DNA from: Rhizaria sp. SCN 62-66
Taxonomy: Eukaryota
Direction of reading: 5' to 3'
DNA length: 64,000 bases
NCBI GenBank assembly: GCA_001724265.1
Contig: MEDY01000021.1
Span: forward strand, 1 to 64,000
The translations under genes were made by a program, and so were the position numbers. Shown here in pieces: positions 22,559 to 35,524 of the stretch; within the stretch, counting starts at the first letter, position 1; the number at the start of each line of letters is the position of its first letter. The notes below the pieces were generated by a model. It worked only from the letters and a program-made list of their open reading frames with translations, did not search any database and was not told the origin of the DNA.

Positions 22559-25500
22559 TCACATGAACTCCTGCACATCCGCGCGCGCATCTGCCTTCTT
22601 AGACAGCGTGCTGAGACTGCTGTCCCTCTTCTTCTTCGCCTCGGCCTTCGCCGCGTCGGCCTTGGCCTTGGCAGCCGCGATGGGGTTGATGATGGCCTGC
22701 GTCTGTTCGTGCACCTCCTGCGCCTTCTTGCCCATCCCCTTGGGCGTCTCGAGCAGCGCAAACGAGTGCGCCACCTCGCCCAGGTGCAGCCGCTTGGGGT
22801 GGAAGATCGGCTTCAACACCTTAGGATACGCCGAGTACGCGCGGAGGAAGGACATGTACGCCTCGCGTGCGAGCGCGGCAAGCTCTTCATCGAGCGACAC
22901 CATGGCCTCGAGCTGCTTCTGCAGCACGGCGCCCGCAGGGACGCGGTAGGGCTCCGTCTGCCCGGACTCGGGCGCGGGCTGCACCAGCGTCATCGCCGAG
23001 AGCTGGTTCGGCGTCAGCCCGACGTGGAGCCCGCCCAGGATGCGCTCCAGCGGGCACGACGAGAGCTGGATGCCTTTCTTGAGCAACACGGTGACGTACT
23101 CCGCCTCGGACTCAACCAGGAAGATAATTGCTTGGCCCTGGCGGCCGAAGCGGGCCGTGCGGCCGACGCGGTGCACGTAGTCGTCGACGTCCTCGGGGGG
23201 ATCGTACTGCACGATCCAGTCGACCGCGGGGAGATCGAGCCCGCGCGCGGCGACGTCGGTGCAGAACAGCACACCCTCAGACGCCGCGCAGAACTCAAAG
23301 TAGGTCGCCGTGCGCTGCTTCTGCGGCAGAGAACCGTGCAGCTTCCACATCGGCGTCGTCAGCAAGGGCTCGCGGGCCGGGGGAGCCGCCGGCGCCTGCT
23401 GCGCCTGCTGAGACTTAGCGCCACTGCCGGGGGCGGTCTTGCCACTCCCAGGTGCGCCCGCAACGCCGGGCTTGTTGTTACCGTGAGGATTCGCACCGGT
23501 GGTGCTACTGGGGCCGGCGCCGCCCATGGCGAGGCGCGAGTGCGCGCTCTCAACGTCGGGCCAGAAGGTGTGCGCGAGGATCCTGTGCAGGAACTCGACG
23601 CTCGCGCACGTCGAAATGAAGACGATGGCCTTAAATGGCACGCCGCGGTTCTTGGCCGCCGCCGTGCGCAGGCGCAAGAATGACGCCAGCGCGACGAGGC
23701 GGTGGCGCGTCGACATCGTCACGTACAACTGCTGCAGCGTTGTCGGGGTCGCGTGGACTGTCGTCGTCGCGGCGGCGGCGGCGGCAGCGGCGGCGGCGCG
23801 CTTCTTCTTCAGCGCCTTCTCGTCGTCGTCGCTGTCGCCGCTGTCGCTGTCGCTGCTGCTGTCGTCATCACTGTTGTCACTGCTGTCGGCATTCGTGATC
23901 GTGGTGGTGGAAGTCTTCGCGCTGCTGGTGTCGACGTCGTAGTCGCTGTCACTATCGTCGACGTCGTTCTCAGCCTCGGCGGCTTCGGCACCAGCAGTCT
24001 CGCCGTCAGCGGCGTCGGCTTTCTTATCTTTCTTGTCCTTCTTACCGTCCTTGCCCTTGCTGCCGCCGTCGGCCTCCTCGTCGCCGAAGCCGACCTTGAG
24101 GGGGTTGGTTAGCATCTTCTGCGCCATCCGCTCCAGCGACGAGCCCATCCCGAGCGTGGCCGAGACCAGCACGTTGCGGCGCCTGTCGGTCGGGTCCACG
24201 CGCGACTTGCGCGAGATCGTGTCGACCATCTCGAAGATGTTCGTCACGGACTCCTCGAAACCGAGATCCATGAGACGGTCAGCCTCGTCCATGATGAACC
24301 AGCGCACACCGGCCAGCGACCACGCCTTGGTGGTCTCCATGTGGTCGTACACGCGGCCTGAGATGAAGACAAAAGTGCAAACAAGAAAGGACTCAGGATG
24401 AGTGTTAAACATGACAGCACGTGTTTTAGAAGACAACGATCCTGTGCGGCGATATGAACGGCATTAACCGACAACAAAAAGAAGTATTATTCAAAGATAT
24501 ATTCATTTTAATTGTTATTAAAACATATGTGACATCTACACGTACCTGGTGTGCCAATGACGACGTGGACGCCCTTGCGGAGCCGCGCCTTCTCGCTCTT
24601 CTTGTTCTCGCCGCCCAGCAGCGTCGTGGCAATGATCCAATAGTAGGGCTTCGCGACCTGCTTCCACACCTGCTCGATCTGCAGCGCAAGCTCACGCGTT
24701 GGCGAGAGCACGAGAGCCTTGGTGCCGGCGTCGCGAGCCCACCGCTCGTAGCCCTGCTCCTCTGGCCCCGCCGCCAGGTGCTGGATGATGGGCAGCAGGA
24801 ACGCGAGGGTCTTGCCGGAGCCCGTCTGCGACTTCACAAGACAGTCGCGCGGGAGCCCGCTGCCGCACAGCGCCGGCAGTGCAAGGGACTGGACGACTGT
24901 GGGGCGCGTGAAGCCGATGCTGTCGAGGTGCGCGCAGAGCTTCTCAGCGAGGCCGAGCGCGCGGAAACCGGTCTTGCTGCCACCCTTACCAGCGCCGCTA
25001 GCGCCGGCCGCGTTATCGCCGTTAGCAGCAGCCGCAAAGCCGGTGGCGGCGGCGGCGGCGGCGGAGAGCGCGGACGCGTCGGCGAGGATGCCACCGGCCG
25101 CGGAGGCGCGCGCGATGGACGCGGCCGAGGCGCCGCGGGCGATGCCTGCCTTGTGTGCGGCCGCGGGGCCCGTCAGGGGCTTCGCAGCAACGGGGCCCGT
25201 GTACCCGGGCGGCGGGCGCGACGGAATGGGCGCGCCCGACGCCGTGGTAGTCGCGGCAGGGTTGGCGCGGCCCGTCGCGGCGGCCACGGCGGCGGCGCGC
25301 TGCGCGGAAAAGTCGGGCAACGCGTCGAGCGTGGCCGGGACGACTGCGGCGCGGAACAGGTTCGCGCCGACGTACGCCTTCGGCACGGCGGGCTCGTGGC
25401 TCGGCTGCGCGCCGGACTTGTCGCCCTTGTGGTGGCCTTGGGCGCCGCCGCCACCGCCGCCGAGGCTGTGCTTGCTGTGGCTATGGCTGTTGTTGCTGTT

Positions 25501-25671
25501 GTTGTGTTGGTTGTAGGGGCGCTTGTGGTCGCCGCCGGAGACGTGGCTGCTCTTGTCAAAGGGACGCTTGGGGCGGTTGTAGTCACCGTTACGGGCATGG
25601 GAGGACGATGCCTCAGCGGCAGCGGTCGCTGCAGCGGCCTTGGTTGCGCTCGTTGCGAAGTTGAGCAACAT
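22559..25671 (-). CDS. DBP7: ATP-dependent DEAD-box RNA helicase DBP7/DDX31; exons 25671-24546, 24357-22559 (start could be 25713)
   Basis: Q motif (GFTRPTVVQ), SQTGSGKT, PTRELA, TPGR across the intron, DEAD, SAT, ARGLD, HRVGRTAR. Dbp7-type N-terminal MLLNF and C-terminal AYMSFLRAY...LHLGEVAHSFAL. Confidence 0.93.
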
Positions 25672-26283
25672 GCGGCGAGGGCCACTGCAGTCGCGAAGTG
25701 GCGTCACGGCCATGACATAGAACAAGAGACAGGAAAGGAATGAGCATATTTGGAAAATTGATTATAAAAGCTAATAAAATATAGATTTCATAAATCGCGT
25801 TGCCCTTACAATATTACGATTGGAACCTAGTAAATTTCGTCGTTTTAGAAGACCTCACTTTTCCGCTCTCGCCCCACTGGACTCGCGAACCCTCCATTGC
25901 CACGATACCTTGGTTTCACTTAAATATATTTGCATAAACGGAGACAGGCAGAATAGACGCACTTGTCCTGAATAGCACAAGTAGATTAATATCATGTGAT
26001 GAAATTCTTGACTTGATTGTGTTTTGTAAAGACCAAAATATCTCCCATACTAGCAACTGCAACCGTGACTTTACGCGACAGAGAAGTGTAAACATCCACT
26101 TAACATGGTGATAAACAAATTAAAAGCTTGTATTACTATTACCATTCACAAGTATTCTTTCAAATACTAAGTCGGACCGGGGTAATGGCCTTTCAGTTAG
26201 CAAGCAACAGTCGCCTCAATCAACAGTTGTGTTGTGTTACTGTTGTCTTGATGAACCGTAATTACACTGTTTAAGTACACTGC

Positions 26284-29200
26284 TCAATCGTCAGCATCAG
26301 AGGCTTGCTCCGAGTCCACATCGGACTCGGGCGCATCGCTATCCCCGTCCGCCGCAGCGCCATACACAGCGCCTTTCCCGGTCCCGCTGCCGGAACCCGT
26401 TGCGCCCACGATCTTCTTGCTGTCGACGCCCATCGCAGTGATCGCGGTCGCACCAGCAGGCGCCGCGCCGCTGCCCGTGGCCGCAGCGGCCGACGCGGCG
26501 CCCATGGTCTTCTTGAACTCCTTGAACAGCAGCTGGTACTCCTGCTCGGCGCGCTGGTCGGCCTCGGTCCAGCCGTGGTCGCCAGCGGTGGCGTTGGAGC
26601 CCGCGCTTGCGGCAGGGTCACGGCCGCCACCGCCAGCAGCAGCGCTGCCGCGACCGCCGCGGGCGCCGTGACCGTGAGCAGCAGAGGTTCCGCCCAGGTT
26701 CCCGCCGGTACGCGCGGCGGCGCCGCCGGAGGGCGACAATAGACCGGCGAGCGGGGACGACGCGTCCGTGACCGTCGACCCGTCATCGCCGTTGTTCAAA
26801 CCCGCGCCAGCGCCGGCGCCGCTGCCGTTGCCGTTGCTGTGGTCATCCATCATGCCTGACAGCAGAGACGAGATGTTCAACGGCTTGCGCGGCATGCCGG
26901 CGGCGCGCTTAGCCTTGCGGGCGTAGCGCAAGCGGCGGATCTCACGCATGCAGCACTCGCGCATCGCGGCCGCCTCCTGAAGTTTGATACGACAAGTAAT
27001 GATACGACAAATAGAGTTTAAGAGAAGAGAACGTGAGAATTAATGATCAATTACACATTTTATGAAACAAGCACGGTAAATAGAGTGAATTGAAATTAAA
27101 TTCCATTTGATAATATAAAATAAATGTTGTTTTAGTCAGTATCTATGCGTACCTGGTGCGCAGCGCGGCGCAGGAAGCGCGGCAGCTCAAGCACGTGGAG
27201 CTTGCCGGCGGCGTCACCGACGGCGAGCAGCTGCATCTCGGGCTCCGTCGACGGCATGCCGGCCCCGGAGACAGCCGCGGTAAGCAGAGAGCCGCCGCTG
27301 GCGCCACCGCCGCTGCTACTGCTGACTTCAAGCTCACCGAGCAGCCCAGTTGTCATCGACGCAGACGCGGAGTTGTGGCTGTTGTGGCTGCTGCCGCCGC
27401 TGGCGCCACCCATCAGCGCGTTCGACGACGACGTGACCCCAGTTGACGACGCGGCGGGCTGCCAGAAGTGCAGCGACGTGATCCTGTCGTTGCCGACATG
27501 GAACACGGTGGGCTTCAGCGCAGAGTCGAGCAAATCCCACACTTCGAGCGTGCCGTCGGCGCGGCCGATGATGACGATGGCGGCGCGCGAGGGCGACCAC
27601 GCCGCGCACGTCACGGCCTCGCCGGATTCGGGCGCGGAGAAGACCGGGAACGGGTTGTCCGTCTGCCATAGCGCGAATCCCCAGCCCGAAGCCACCAAGT
27701 ACAAGTCGGGGATGCGCGGGTTGCGCTGCACCGTCATCGCGGGCCGCATCAGCGGCGTGATGGGCAGCATGCGGCGCACGGCGCGGCGGCGGGTCGCGCC
27801 CCCGGCGCCGGAGCCGCCCGCGGCGCTGCCGTTGGAGGAGTCGTTGTCCAAGCCGGCGCCGGAGCCGGCGGCCTCCTCCTCCTCCTCGTCCTCGTCGAAC
27901 TGCGGGGAGCCGCTCGAGCCGCTGCCCGCGCCGGCACCAGAGCCGGAGCCGCTCGCGCTAGAGGACGAAGAGCTGGAGCTGGAGCGCGAGTTGGAGCTCG
28001 ACCGGCGGCCGAAGCCGAGCTCGCCGTCACGGGTGCGCGCGCCGCTGCCTCTGCCGCCGCCGCTGCCGCCGCGGCCGTTGTCGTCGTTGTCGTCGCCGCC
28101 GTCGCCGTCAGCGTCGTCGTCATCGTCGTCATCATCGTCGTCATCGTCGTAATCGTCGTTGGCGTTGCTGCTAGCACGCTTCGCACTCGCGACTACCATA
28201 GTGCCCTGCTCAGCAGAGCCACCGGCGGCGTTGTTGCTGCTCCCACTGCTCGCGCTGCCACTGCTGTTCTTGGCCGGCTTGCGCAGAGTCGAGATCGCAC
28301 GCTTCATGACGAGCCGGCCCACGGCGGCCGCCTCCTGGCCCTCCTTGCTCTGCCTGTAGTCCTTGCTGGTGAAGGCGATGCGCGCGTACGCCACCTCGCC
28401 ACTCTCCGTCGCCAGCACCGCGTCCATAGTCGGGCCCAGAGCGATCCGTGTCACAGGCAGCAGCGGCGAGTGCAGCAGCGATGACCCGCCGCCGGAGCCG
28501 GCGCTAACGCCCGCAGCGCCGCCGCTGCCGCCTGCGCCCGCGCCGTCGCCCGCGCCCGCCGCGCCCGCGCCCGCCGCACCGGGGCCCGAGGAGGAGGACG
28601 CGGAGGACGCCGAGGACGCGGCCGCGGCGGCGGAGGCTGCGGCCAGAGAGGGGTCGTGCACCGGCAAGCTGGCGCCAGGGCGCACGAGCGGCAGCACGAA
28701 GAAGGGCGCCCAGCGCACCTCGGGCGTGGGCGGAATGTTGGGGTTCGTCCGGGCGGCGGAGCCGTCGTCGCCGGTCTTGTTCTCGTCGCCAGCCGTACTA
28801 GAGCTGCCACCGGTGCCGGCGCCAGCGGAGCTCGCCGTGGCGGCGATCGCGGTCGATGCGGGGGCCGGGTTCGCGGACGCGGCGGACGCGGCCGCAGCGG
28901 ACAGCGCGGGGCGGCCACTGGGGCCCTTGCCGCCCGAGGCGCGGACGCCGAAGCGGCGGCCGGGGGCGGACCCGCCGGCAGCGGCGCCGCCGGGCGCGGG
29001 CGCGGCGGGGGCCTTGGGACGAAGACGGCCGGTGCGGCCGCCGGTGCTGCTGCCGCTGCCGTCGTCGTCATCGTCGTCGTCACCGTCAGCCGCCGCGCTG
29101 CCGCCGCCGGCCGCCGCGCTGCCGCCGCTGGGGTGCGCCGCGGGCGGCGCGGCGGCGCGGAGCGAGTCGACGTCCCAGTACAGGATGCGGCCGTCGCCGG

Positions 29201-30848
29201 CGACGGTGACGAACTGCATCGGCGGCTGCGCGCCGGGGCGCGGCGGCACGCACTCGCCGCGCCGGTTCAGGTCCACGTGGGGCGGCAGCACCGCGAGGTC
29301 CGTCACGGGGCGCGAGTGCGACCGCTCCGGCTGCGACACAGCCACGGGAGGGATGCACACGACGGTGGAGCTAGCAGCGCCCCCGGCGGCGGCAGCGGCG
29401 TTGGGATCGCTCGACTCGTCGCTGTTGGCGCTGCCGGCGGCGCTGCCACCCTTGCCGCGAGCGCCCTTGGCGCCGGCAGCAGCGGCGGCGGCGGCAGCGG
29501 CGGTGGAGTTGCCGCCGCCGCTGCTGTTGGCGTTGTTGCTATTGCCCTGGCCAGCGGCGTTTGCGTTGGTAGAGCTGGACGTGTAGGCCGAGGAGCGCAC
29601 GCCGACGGTAGGGTCCAGCAGGTGCAGCGCAGTGGCGGAGGGTGGCGGCGCGGTCAAAGTGCGAGCGCGCGGGGACGAGAGGTCCCACACGCAGACCTAC
29701 AGTTGTTGTAGAGGAGCGAATAAGCAAAGATACGGGTCAAGAAAGATGTTATACGGGACAAATGAGCATCATAAAAATGATAGGCGTTAATATAGACAAT
29801 AAAAGTATCTGCATTATAACTAAACAGCAATTCAGTAATAAGTTAACATTTCATTGAGAGATCTCATTTTAAAGTTGTGTGAACGCACCTGACCGGACTG
29901 GAGACCAGCGACGCAGATGTTGGGGTAAGAGGGCAGCCATGCAAACACCGTGACGTTACCGGGCACCTCAAGCACGATATGCGGGTGCAGCAAGTCTGCG
30001 AAATCCCAGACGAGAATCGCGGACGTCATCACCTTGGAGCTGCCGTCGACCCACTGGTCGAAGGTGCGCTTATGCGCGCAGGCGAAGGATACAAGGCCGA
30101 CGCGCGCCGGGTGCCACTGCACCGAGGTGATGAGCCGCTGGCGCGAGAACTGCAGGTCCTGGAACGTGTGCATGGGCTTGAGCGCGTTCTCCGTGCGATG
30201 GCCGAGCGCGGTCGCCGCGTCCGACGAAGCGGCCGCTTCCAGCACGGCGAGCTCGTCGCGGAAGAAATCGAACGTCTCGTTGTGCTGCAGCGCCTGCGTC
30301 GCCAACGCGGCCGCCGCGGGGAGGAAGCCCGAGGCCTGGGCGCGGGCGAGCGCACGCGCGGCCTCGGAGGCGGGCATCGTCATCGGGTGATACTGCGTCG
30401 CTTTGTTCACGCGCACGGAGAAGGACGTCTGCGTCTCGCTCGAAGTCATCTCGGGCGCGGCCTGGAACGCGGCGTCGTGCTCCTCGCGCTCTAGCGCGTA
30501 CCCGGGGATGTTCTGACGGCGGTACTCAGCGATCTTCTCGCCCTGCGGCCGGTCGCTCAGCTCGATCGGCTTGCCGAAAGCGTAGCGGCGCTGCGAGATG
30601 AAGTACTGCAACAGCGGGCGACTGGTCTTGACGCGCGAGCTCTCCACCTCGGCCTCAGTAGCGGGGGAAGAGAACGGACGGGCCTCAATTGGTTGCGGGT
30701 AGTACTGCTCGAGGTCGGCAAAACCGGCAAGGTCCGGGCCGGCCGCGGCTGCGGCGGCGGCGGCAGCAGCAGCGGCAGCAGCAGCAGAGCCGGAGGAGCC
30801 GCCAGCATTGGACTGCTGCGACTGGGCGTAGGGGTCCTCGGAGTACAT
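26284..30848 (-). CDS. WDR63: Axonemal dynein intermediate chain WDR63/DNAI3 (IC140-like WD40 protein); exons 30848-29889, 29696-27153, 26976-26284
   Basis: FQAAP...TQT...NKATQY segment, ITSVQWHP, ILVWDF, CAAWSPSRAAIVIIGRADGTLEVWDLL, LLAVGDAAGKLHVLELP and C-terminal E..AM.....REIRR..Y typical of WDR63. Phase-consistent GT-AG introns; large Gly/Ser/Asp insertions. Confidence 0.85.
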
Positions 30849-31298
30849 GGTGGGCTCTTAGAGTCGCTGTAGCGCGGGTTGGAAACTGCAACTCACGCGC
30901 AAGCGCGGGGGAAGCAAGGGGGGCGAACGCGGGCGCGTGTGGAGCTACAAGCAGAGAGGAACTGACTGCCAGAACAAAGCTCTGCGAAGAGTCGAAGCCG
31001 CTGTATCGGGGGAAAGTAAATGAAAAGGTAGGCAAGGGATGTGAGAAAATGAATATTGATATCTAGCAAATAATAGCGCATCGCAACTCTGGTTTCAATT
31101 TCACTTCAAAGCTCCGATGTCTAAGGGGTGAGTCCGATGCAAACATTCACATGAAGAGAAACCGATTTTGAATTTTTAGACCGGCCGAGTTTTTCGACCC
31201 AAGAGCCGACACACGAGACTCGCCCCAAAAAACGTTTGTGGTGACTCTCGAAAGGTAACTTTAATCATTTGATTCGTGTTCATTTGATCGTTGAATAG

Positions 31299-33291
31299 AT
31301 GTCTGACTCAACTGACACAGTGTCATTGTTTGACCAGTACCATTCGGTAAAAAAATTACTCGACGATTGGGAGTCTGGCGCTTCCAGCGCCGCCCTCACA
31401 GCGAGCCCCAGCGGCAACACAGCCGAGTCTCGCGCTGAGTTCATGGGCAAGCTACTCGCGGCCGTCACTGCGCTGGATAAGGCGATCGAGGCATCGGACA
31501 CATTCTCCTCGAACGAGATTGTCGATGACCTGTCGACGCTGTCGCTGCGGTATCTTTCGATTGCGTATCACCTCGGCAACGTGCTGCTCTCGATGCCCGT
31601 CACCGCGATCTTGTCCACCGCCGCTCCCGCGCAGCCCTCGTCCCAGTCGCAGTCCCAGTCCCAGACGCAGTCGCAGTCGACCGTGACCAGCGTCGCGACG
31701 CGCGCTGAGCACGTTAAAGGCGCCAAACTTGCGTTCATGCGCTTCCTCGACCGCTGCGAGTCGCTGCTGCTGCTCTCCGAGCGCGCCAAGAAGGATCTCG
31801 ACGCCCTCAACGTCAACAACAAGGCCGACAACGACAGCGAGCGCAATAGCGACAGCGCTAAGGCCCAGCAGCAGAACCAGCAGGACGCCCTTACCCAGCG
31901 CGCGTCCAAGATCGACCGCTTCCGCCGCGAGCAGTCTCTGCGGAAGCAGCTCCAGGCGCTGGAGCAGAAGCTCGCGCAGCGCCGCGCCCGGCTCGTTTCG
32001 GCCTCAGCCGGCGCGGGCACGGGCGGGAACGAGCTGGAGGCCGCGATCGAGGCCGATTCCGAGGCCGCTGAGACAGAGCGCGAGCTCGTGCTGCTGCAGA
32101 CCGAGGTGTTCGTCGACAAGGCTATCGTGCACCTGAGCTTCGTCAAGCAGGAGGAGGCTCTCTTAGCGCACGGCCGCGAGGAGGCGGACGAGGACCGCCG
32201 CCGCGCTGAGATGGGTCTCCCGCCGCTCGCCCGCGGCGGCAACGGCTCCATGCCTGGTTTGCGCCCCCACGGGCCCGCGCTGCCGCCCTCCGGCTCCGGC
32301 GGCAACTCCAGCGGGGGAAGCTTTGCTGCGACAGCGTCGGCCGCCGCGGCCGAGGCGCCGCGGCCGCTGCGCATCCACAAGATCGGCGACCACGACGCGG
32401 CGAAAGACCCCATCCCGGAGCACATGAAAGACTACATGAAGCACGTGGCCCCGGGGGCGCCGCAGAAGAGCACCAGCGCCGCCGGCCCCGCTGGCGGCGG
32501 TGTGGCTACTATGGACGGGGCCGGGGGCGAGGGGAGCCCGTTCGACAAGGCGTGGTTCAAGCCCTCAGCGCACGCGTGTGAGCACTGCGGCGACGACGAC
32601 GTGACGCGGCGTGCCGGCTTCACCAAGTACATGATGAGCAAGGTGGTCGGCGGCCGCGGCAAGCTCGTGCCTGCGTGCCCCATCCACGGCAACGCGCACC
32701 CGGCGGGGCAGTGTCCGGGCTTGCAGGCCGGCAGGGGCGGCGCCGGGGCCGGGCAAGGCGTCGGGTACCCTGACCCGATCAATTCGATGGTGCGTTTGTC
32801 TATATCTCGCGCAATATCTCTTTTTCGGTTGTGTCTCGCTAAAATGGATTGTCTTTGTTTCATCTTATTGTTCTGATATTTTGTCAACATCTTTTTAACC
32901 CGGTTACTAACTGGTTTTTCTTTATTTCTTGGTTCTTTACCCATGCGTACCGATTCTTGCTCTATTTCAGGTCAACATGCGCGTGGACCGGACCCAGGTG
33001 TTCCGCGACCGGAACCCGTGCCTGATGGAGCTCGACGACTGGGTCCAGATGAAGCAGTCCGAGGGCGCGCTGCCGACCGAGGTCGACGCAGAGCTCGCGC
33101 GCGGGCGCCAGGCGGCCGAGGAGGCGCGCGTGCGGCGCGTCGCGGACGGCGAGGAGGACGAACCAGAGCAGTGCAAGACTACGAAGCAGGAGCGCGATGA
33201 GGAGGACGCCGCGCAGGATAAGGCGCGGGCGTGGGCGGATTGGACCGATGACAACGAGAAGGGCATCGGCAACCGCAACTACCGTCGCTGA
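31299..33291 (+). CDS. TAP42: TAP42/alpha4 (IGBP1) PP2A-family phosphatase regulator; exons 31299-32789, 32971-33291
   Basis: FSSNEIVDDLSTLSLRYLSIAYHLG, QRASKIDRFRRE, VF....PCLMELDDW and KARAWADWTDDNEKGIGN hallmark motifs; GTGCGT...ttcag intron. Confidence 0.92.
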
Positions 33292-33529
33292 GCAAACACT
33301 AGTAGATAACGTTTGATTTGGTTTTCTTAAGTGCTGTAGTGACTAGTTGTTGTGAGCGCATATACTTGGTTTATGGTCATATTTATTGTTTATTGTAATA
33401 TTCCCAAGTGGGCTAATAAAGCGTAAAAAATAGTTTATTTAATGCGTCATAACAATCGTACGTCATAATCTAAGTAAACAGTTCACAATCAGTACAAAGT
33501 ACCTTCACCATGGAAGTGTCAAGTTGCAC

Positions 33530-35524
33530 TTACTTGCGAGGCCCCCATGCAGAGCGGTTACTCCCAACCGCACCAGCCTGCGGCTGCTGAGGCTGTTGTT
33601 GACCGGCGGCATTCGCAGTCGCGCGAGCGGGTCCCCACGCAGCCCTGCCACCACCAGGAGCAGCAGCACCACCAGCAGCCGCAGACGCGGGAGCAGTTGC
33701 ACTAGCAGAAGCAGCGCCAGCCTCGGCAGCAGCGCCGCCAGAGGGCCGCGAGCTCGCGCCGCCGCGCATGCCGCCGCGGCCACCACGAGTTGCGCCTAAG
33801 CCGCCGCCGCGGCTCGCACCCGCGCCGCCGCCGCTGTTGCTGCCGAAAGCACCGCCCTGAACCCGGCTCTTGGGTCCCCAGCCGCGGCTCTGGCCCTGCG
33901 ACTGACTACTGTCAGCCTCGGCAGCGGCATCGGTCTCAGTAGACGCGGGCGCCTGCTCTTGTTCGGGATAAGGCTCCGGTTCGGCTCCGCCGCCGAGAAC
34001 GTTCGCGTATGAGCCATGTTGCCCCTTCGACGGCCCCTTAGGCTTGCCCTGGGCCTGGAATTGAGCCAAGTCAACCGCACCTCCAGCATTTGCGGTGGCC
34101 GTTGCACTATTAGCATTGTTGCCCTTCGGACCCCACTTGGACTTGTTGTTGTTGTTGTTGTTGTTCCCGGCGCTATTACTGATATTGCTGTGAGTCCTAT
34201 TGTTGTTCTGGTTCGAGTTACTCAGACTGCTGCTGGCATTATTGCTGCTCGAGAGTTCGGGATCATTGGGTCCTGCTGCAGTCGGCGCAAGCTCCGCCAA
34301 GTGACCGTAAGCACCGCCGGCTCCGGCATCCGCGCCGGCGCCGCCGGACTTGGACCGTGACGGCGCGATCACTCGCGCGCGCAGCCTGTTCCCAGCAGCA
34401 GCGTCGCCGCCGTCCTCGTTCTGACCGGAATAAACGGCCTCGGCGGCGGCCTTGGCTTCTTGATCAGCAAGAAAAGCGCGCACCATGGCCGCGACGCTTG
34501 TGATATCGGGACCCTTCTCGTTGACCTTGCCGCTGGCGTCATATGCAGGCTGCAGTCCCGCGCCCTGGCCGGCCTTGTCACTACCATAACCATCCGCAAC
34601 CGTGGTGTTGTTACCGGCAGCGTCGTCCTCCTGCTCCTGCTGGCGGCGCGCGCGCGCCTCTGCGTCCGCGTTGACGGGGTTCTCGACGGGCGCGCTACCG
34701 GGCCTGCCGCCGTTGCGCTCGGTGATGGCCCTGCGGCGCCCCCACGCGATCACGCTGAAGCGGGGGCCCGTGCTCGCCGTGTGCGCGCGCGGGACGCCGT
34801 GCTGAAAGCGTTTGTTGACGTCTGAGTCAAACGCGAAGATGTCGCCGTGCAGCTGCGGGAACGAAAACTCTTGCCGCGACGACGGGTGCAGGAAAGCAAG
34901 CTCGCGGGACGCGCCGAACGACGCGCCCATGGTGAAGTCCTCGCGGACGCCCTTGAGCCCGTACGCGTGCGAGTCGTGGTGAAAGGGCTTCCAGGACGTC
35001 GCGTCTGGGTAGAAGTTAAGCCGCGTGGCGTGGATGTCGGCGTCGAAGTAGTCTCCCAGCGCAGTGACGATGGCGCGGAACGTGGGGGAGAAATCGGGGT
35101 TGTCGTACTTGTAGTGCTTGGACCAGTTGATCATGCCCGTGGCAGCCGGGTCGGAGAGCTCGCGCGCCTCCATGTCGGCCATAAGGCCGCGGAGCAGAGA
35201 GAAGTCGCTCTTGGCGCAGAGCGCGTGCTGTAGGTAGATGCAGTGGCCGGATAGCACGGTCGCAACATCCTCGGCTAAACGGCCGTCGAGGCGCGCGAAC
35301 TCGCTCTTCATCACGGAGCGGGTGTACTGCGCAATCAGGTTGGGCAGGCAGCCGGAAGTGGGCAGTAAGGGCTTCGACGCGGAGGCCACCAGGATAGGGG
35401 CAGCTGAGCTGTTGTCGCTGCCCTCGACAGTGGCGGCAGCATTGCTGTCATTATGCTTCTGCTGTTGTTGCTGTTTCTGTTGTTGAGCAGCTGCCTGGCG
35501 GGCAGCTGCAGTCCGGATGCTCAT
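33530..35524 (-). CDS. AlkB-like 2-oxoglutarate/Fe(II) dioxygenase with disordered RGG/WGP-containing C-terminus
   Basis: RLNFY...PFHHDSH (HxD), GASFGASRELAF, FQHGVP (distal His), PRFSVIAWGR (RxS..R). Likely start MSIRTAAARQ at 35524; the upstream ORF extension looks AT-rich and non-coding. Confidence 0.85.
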   Translation of the reverse strand: MSIRTAAARQAAAQQQKQQQQQKHNDSNAAATVEGSDNSSAAPILVASASKPLLPTSGCLPNLIAQYTRSVMKSEFARLDGRLAEDVATVLSGHCIYLQHALCAKSDFSLLRGLMADMEARELSDPAATGMINWSKHYKYDNPDFSPTFRAIVTALGDYFDADIHATRLNFYPDATSWKPFHHDSHAYGLKGVREDFTMGASFGASRELAFLHPSSRQEFSFPQLHGDIFAFDSDVNKRFQHGVPRAHTASTGPRFSVIAWGRRRAITERNGGRPGSAPVENPVNADAEARARRQQEQEDDAAGNNTTVADGYGSDKAGQGAGLQPAYDASGKVNEKGPDITSVAAMVRAFLADQEAKAAAEAVYSGQNEDGGDAAAGNRLRARVIAPSRSKSGGAGADAGAGGAYGHLAELAPTAAGPNDPELSSSNNASSSLSNSNQNNNRTHSNISNSAGNNNNNNNKSKWGPKGNNANSATATANAGGAVDLAQFQAQGKPKGPSKGQHGSYANVLGGGAEPEPYPEQEQAPASTETDAAAEADSSQSQGQSRGWGPKSRVQGGAFGSNSGGGAGASRGGGLGATRGGRGGMRGGASSRPSGGAAAEAGAASASATAPASAAAGGAAAPGGGRAAWGPARATANAAGQQQPQQPQAGAVGSNRSAWGPRK

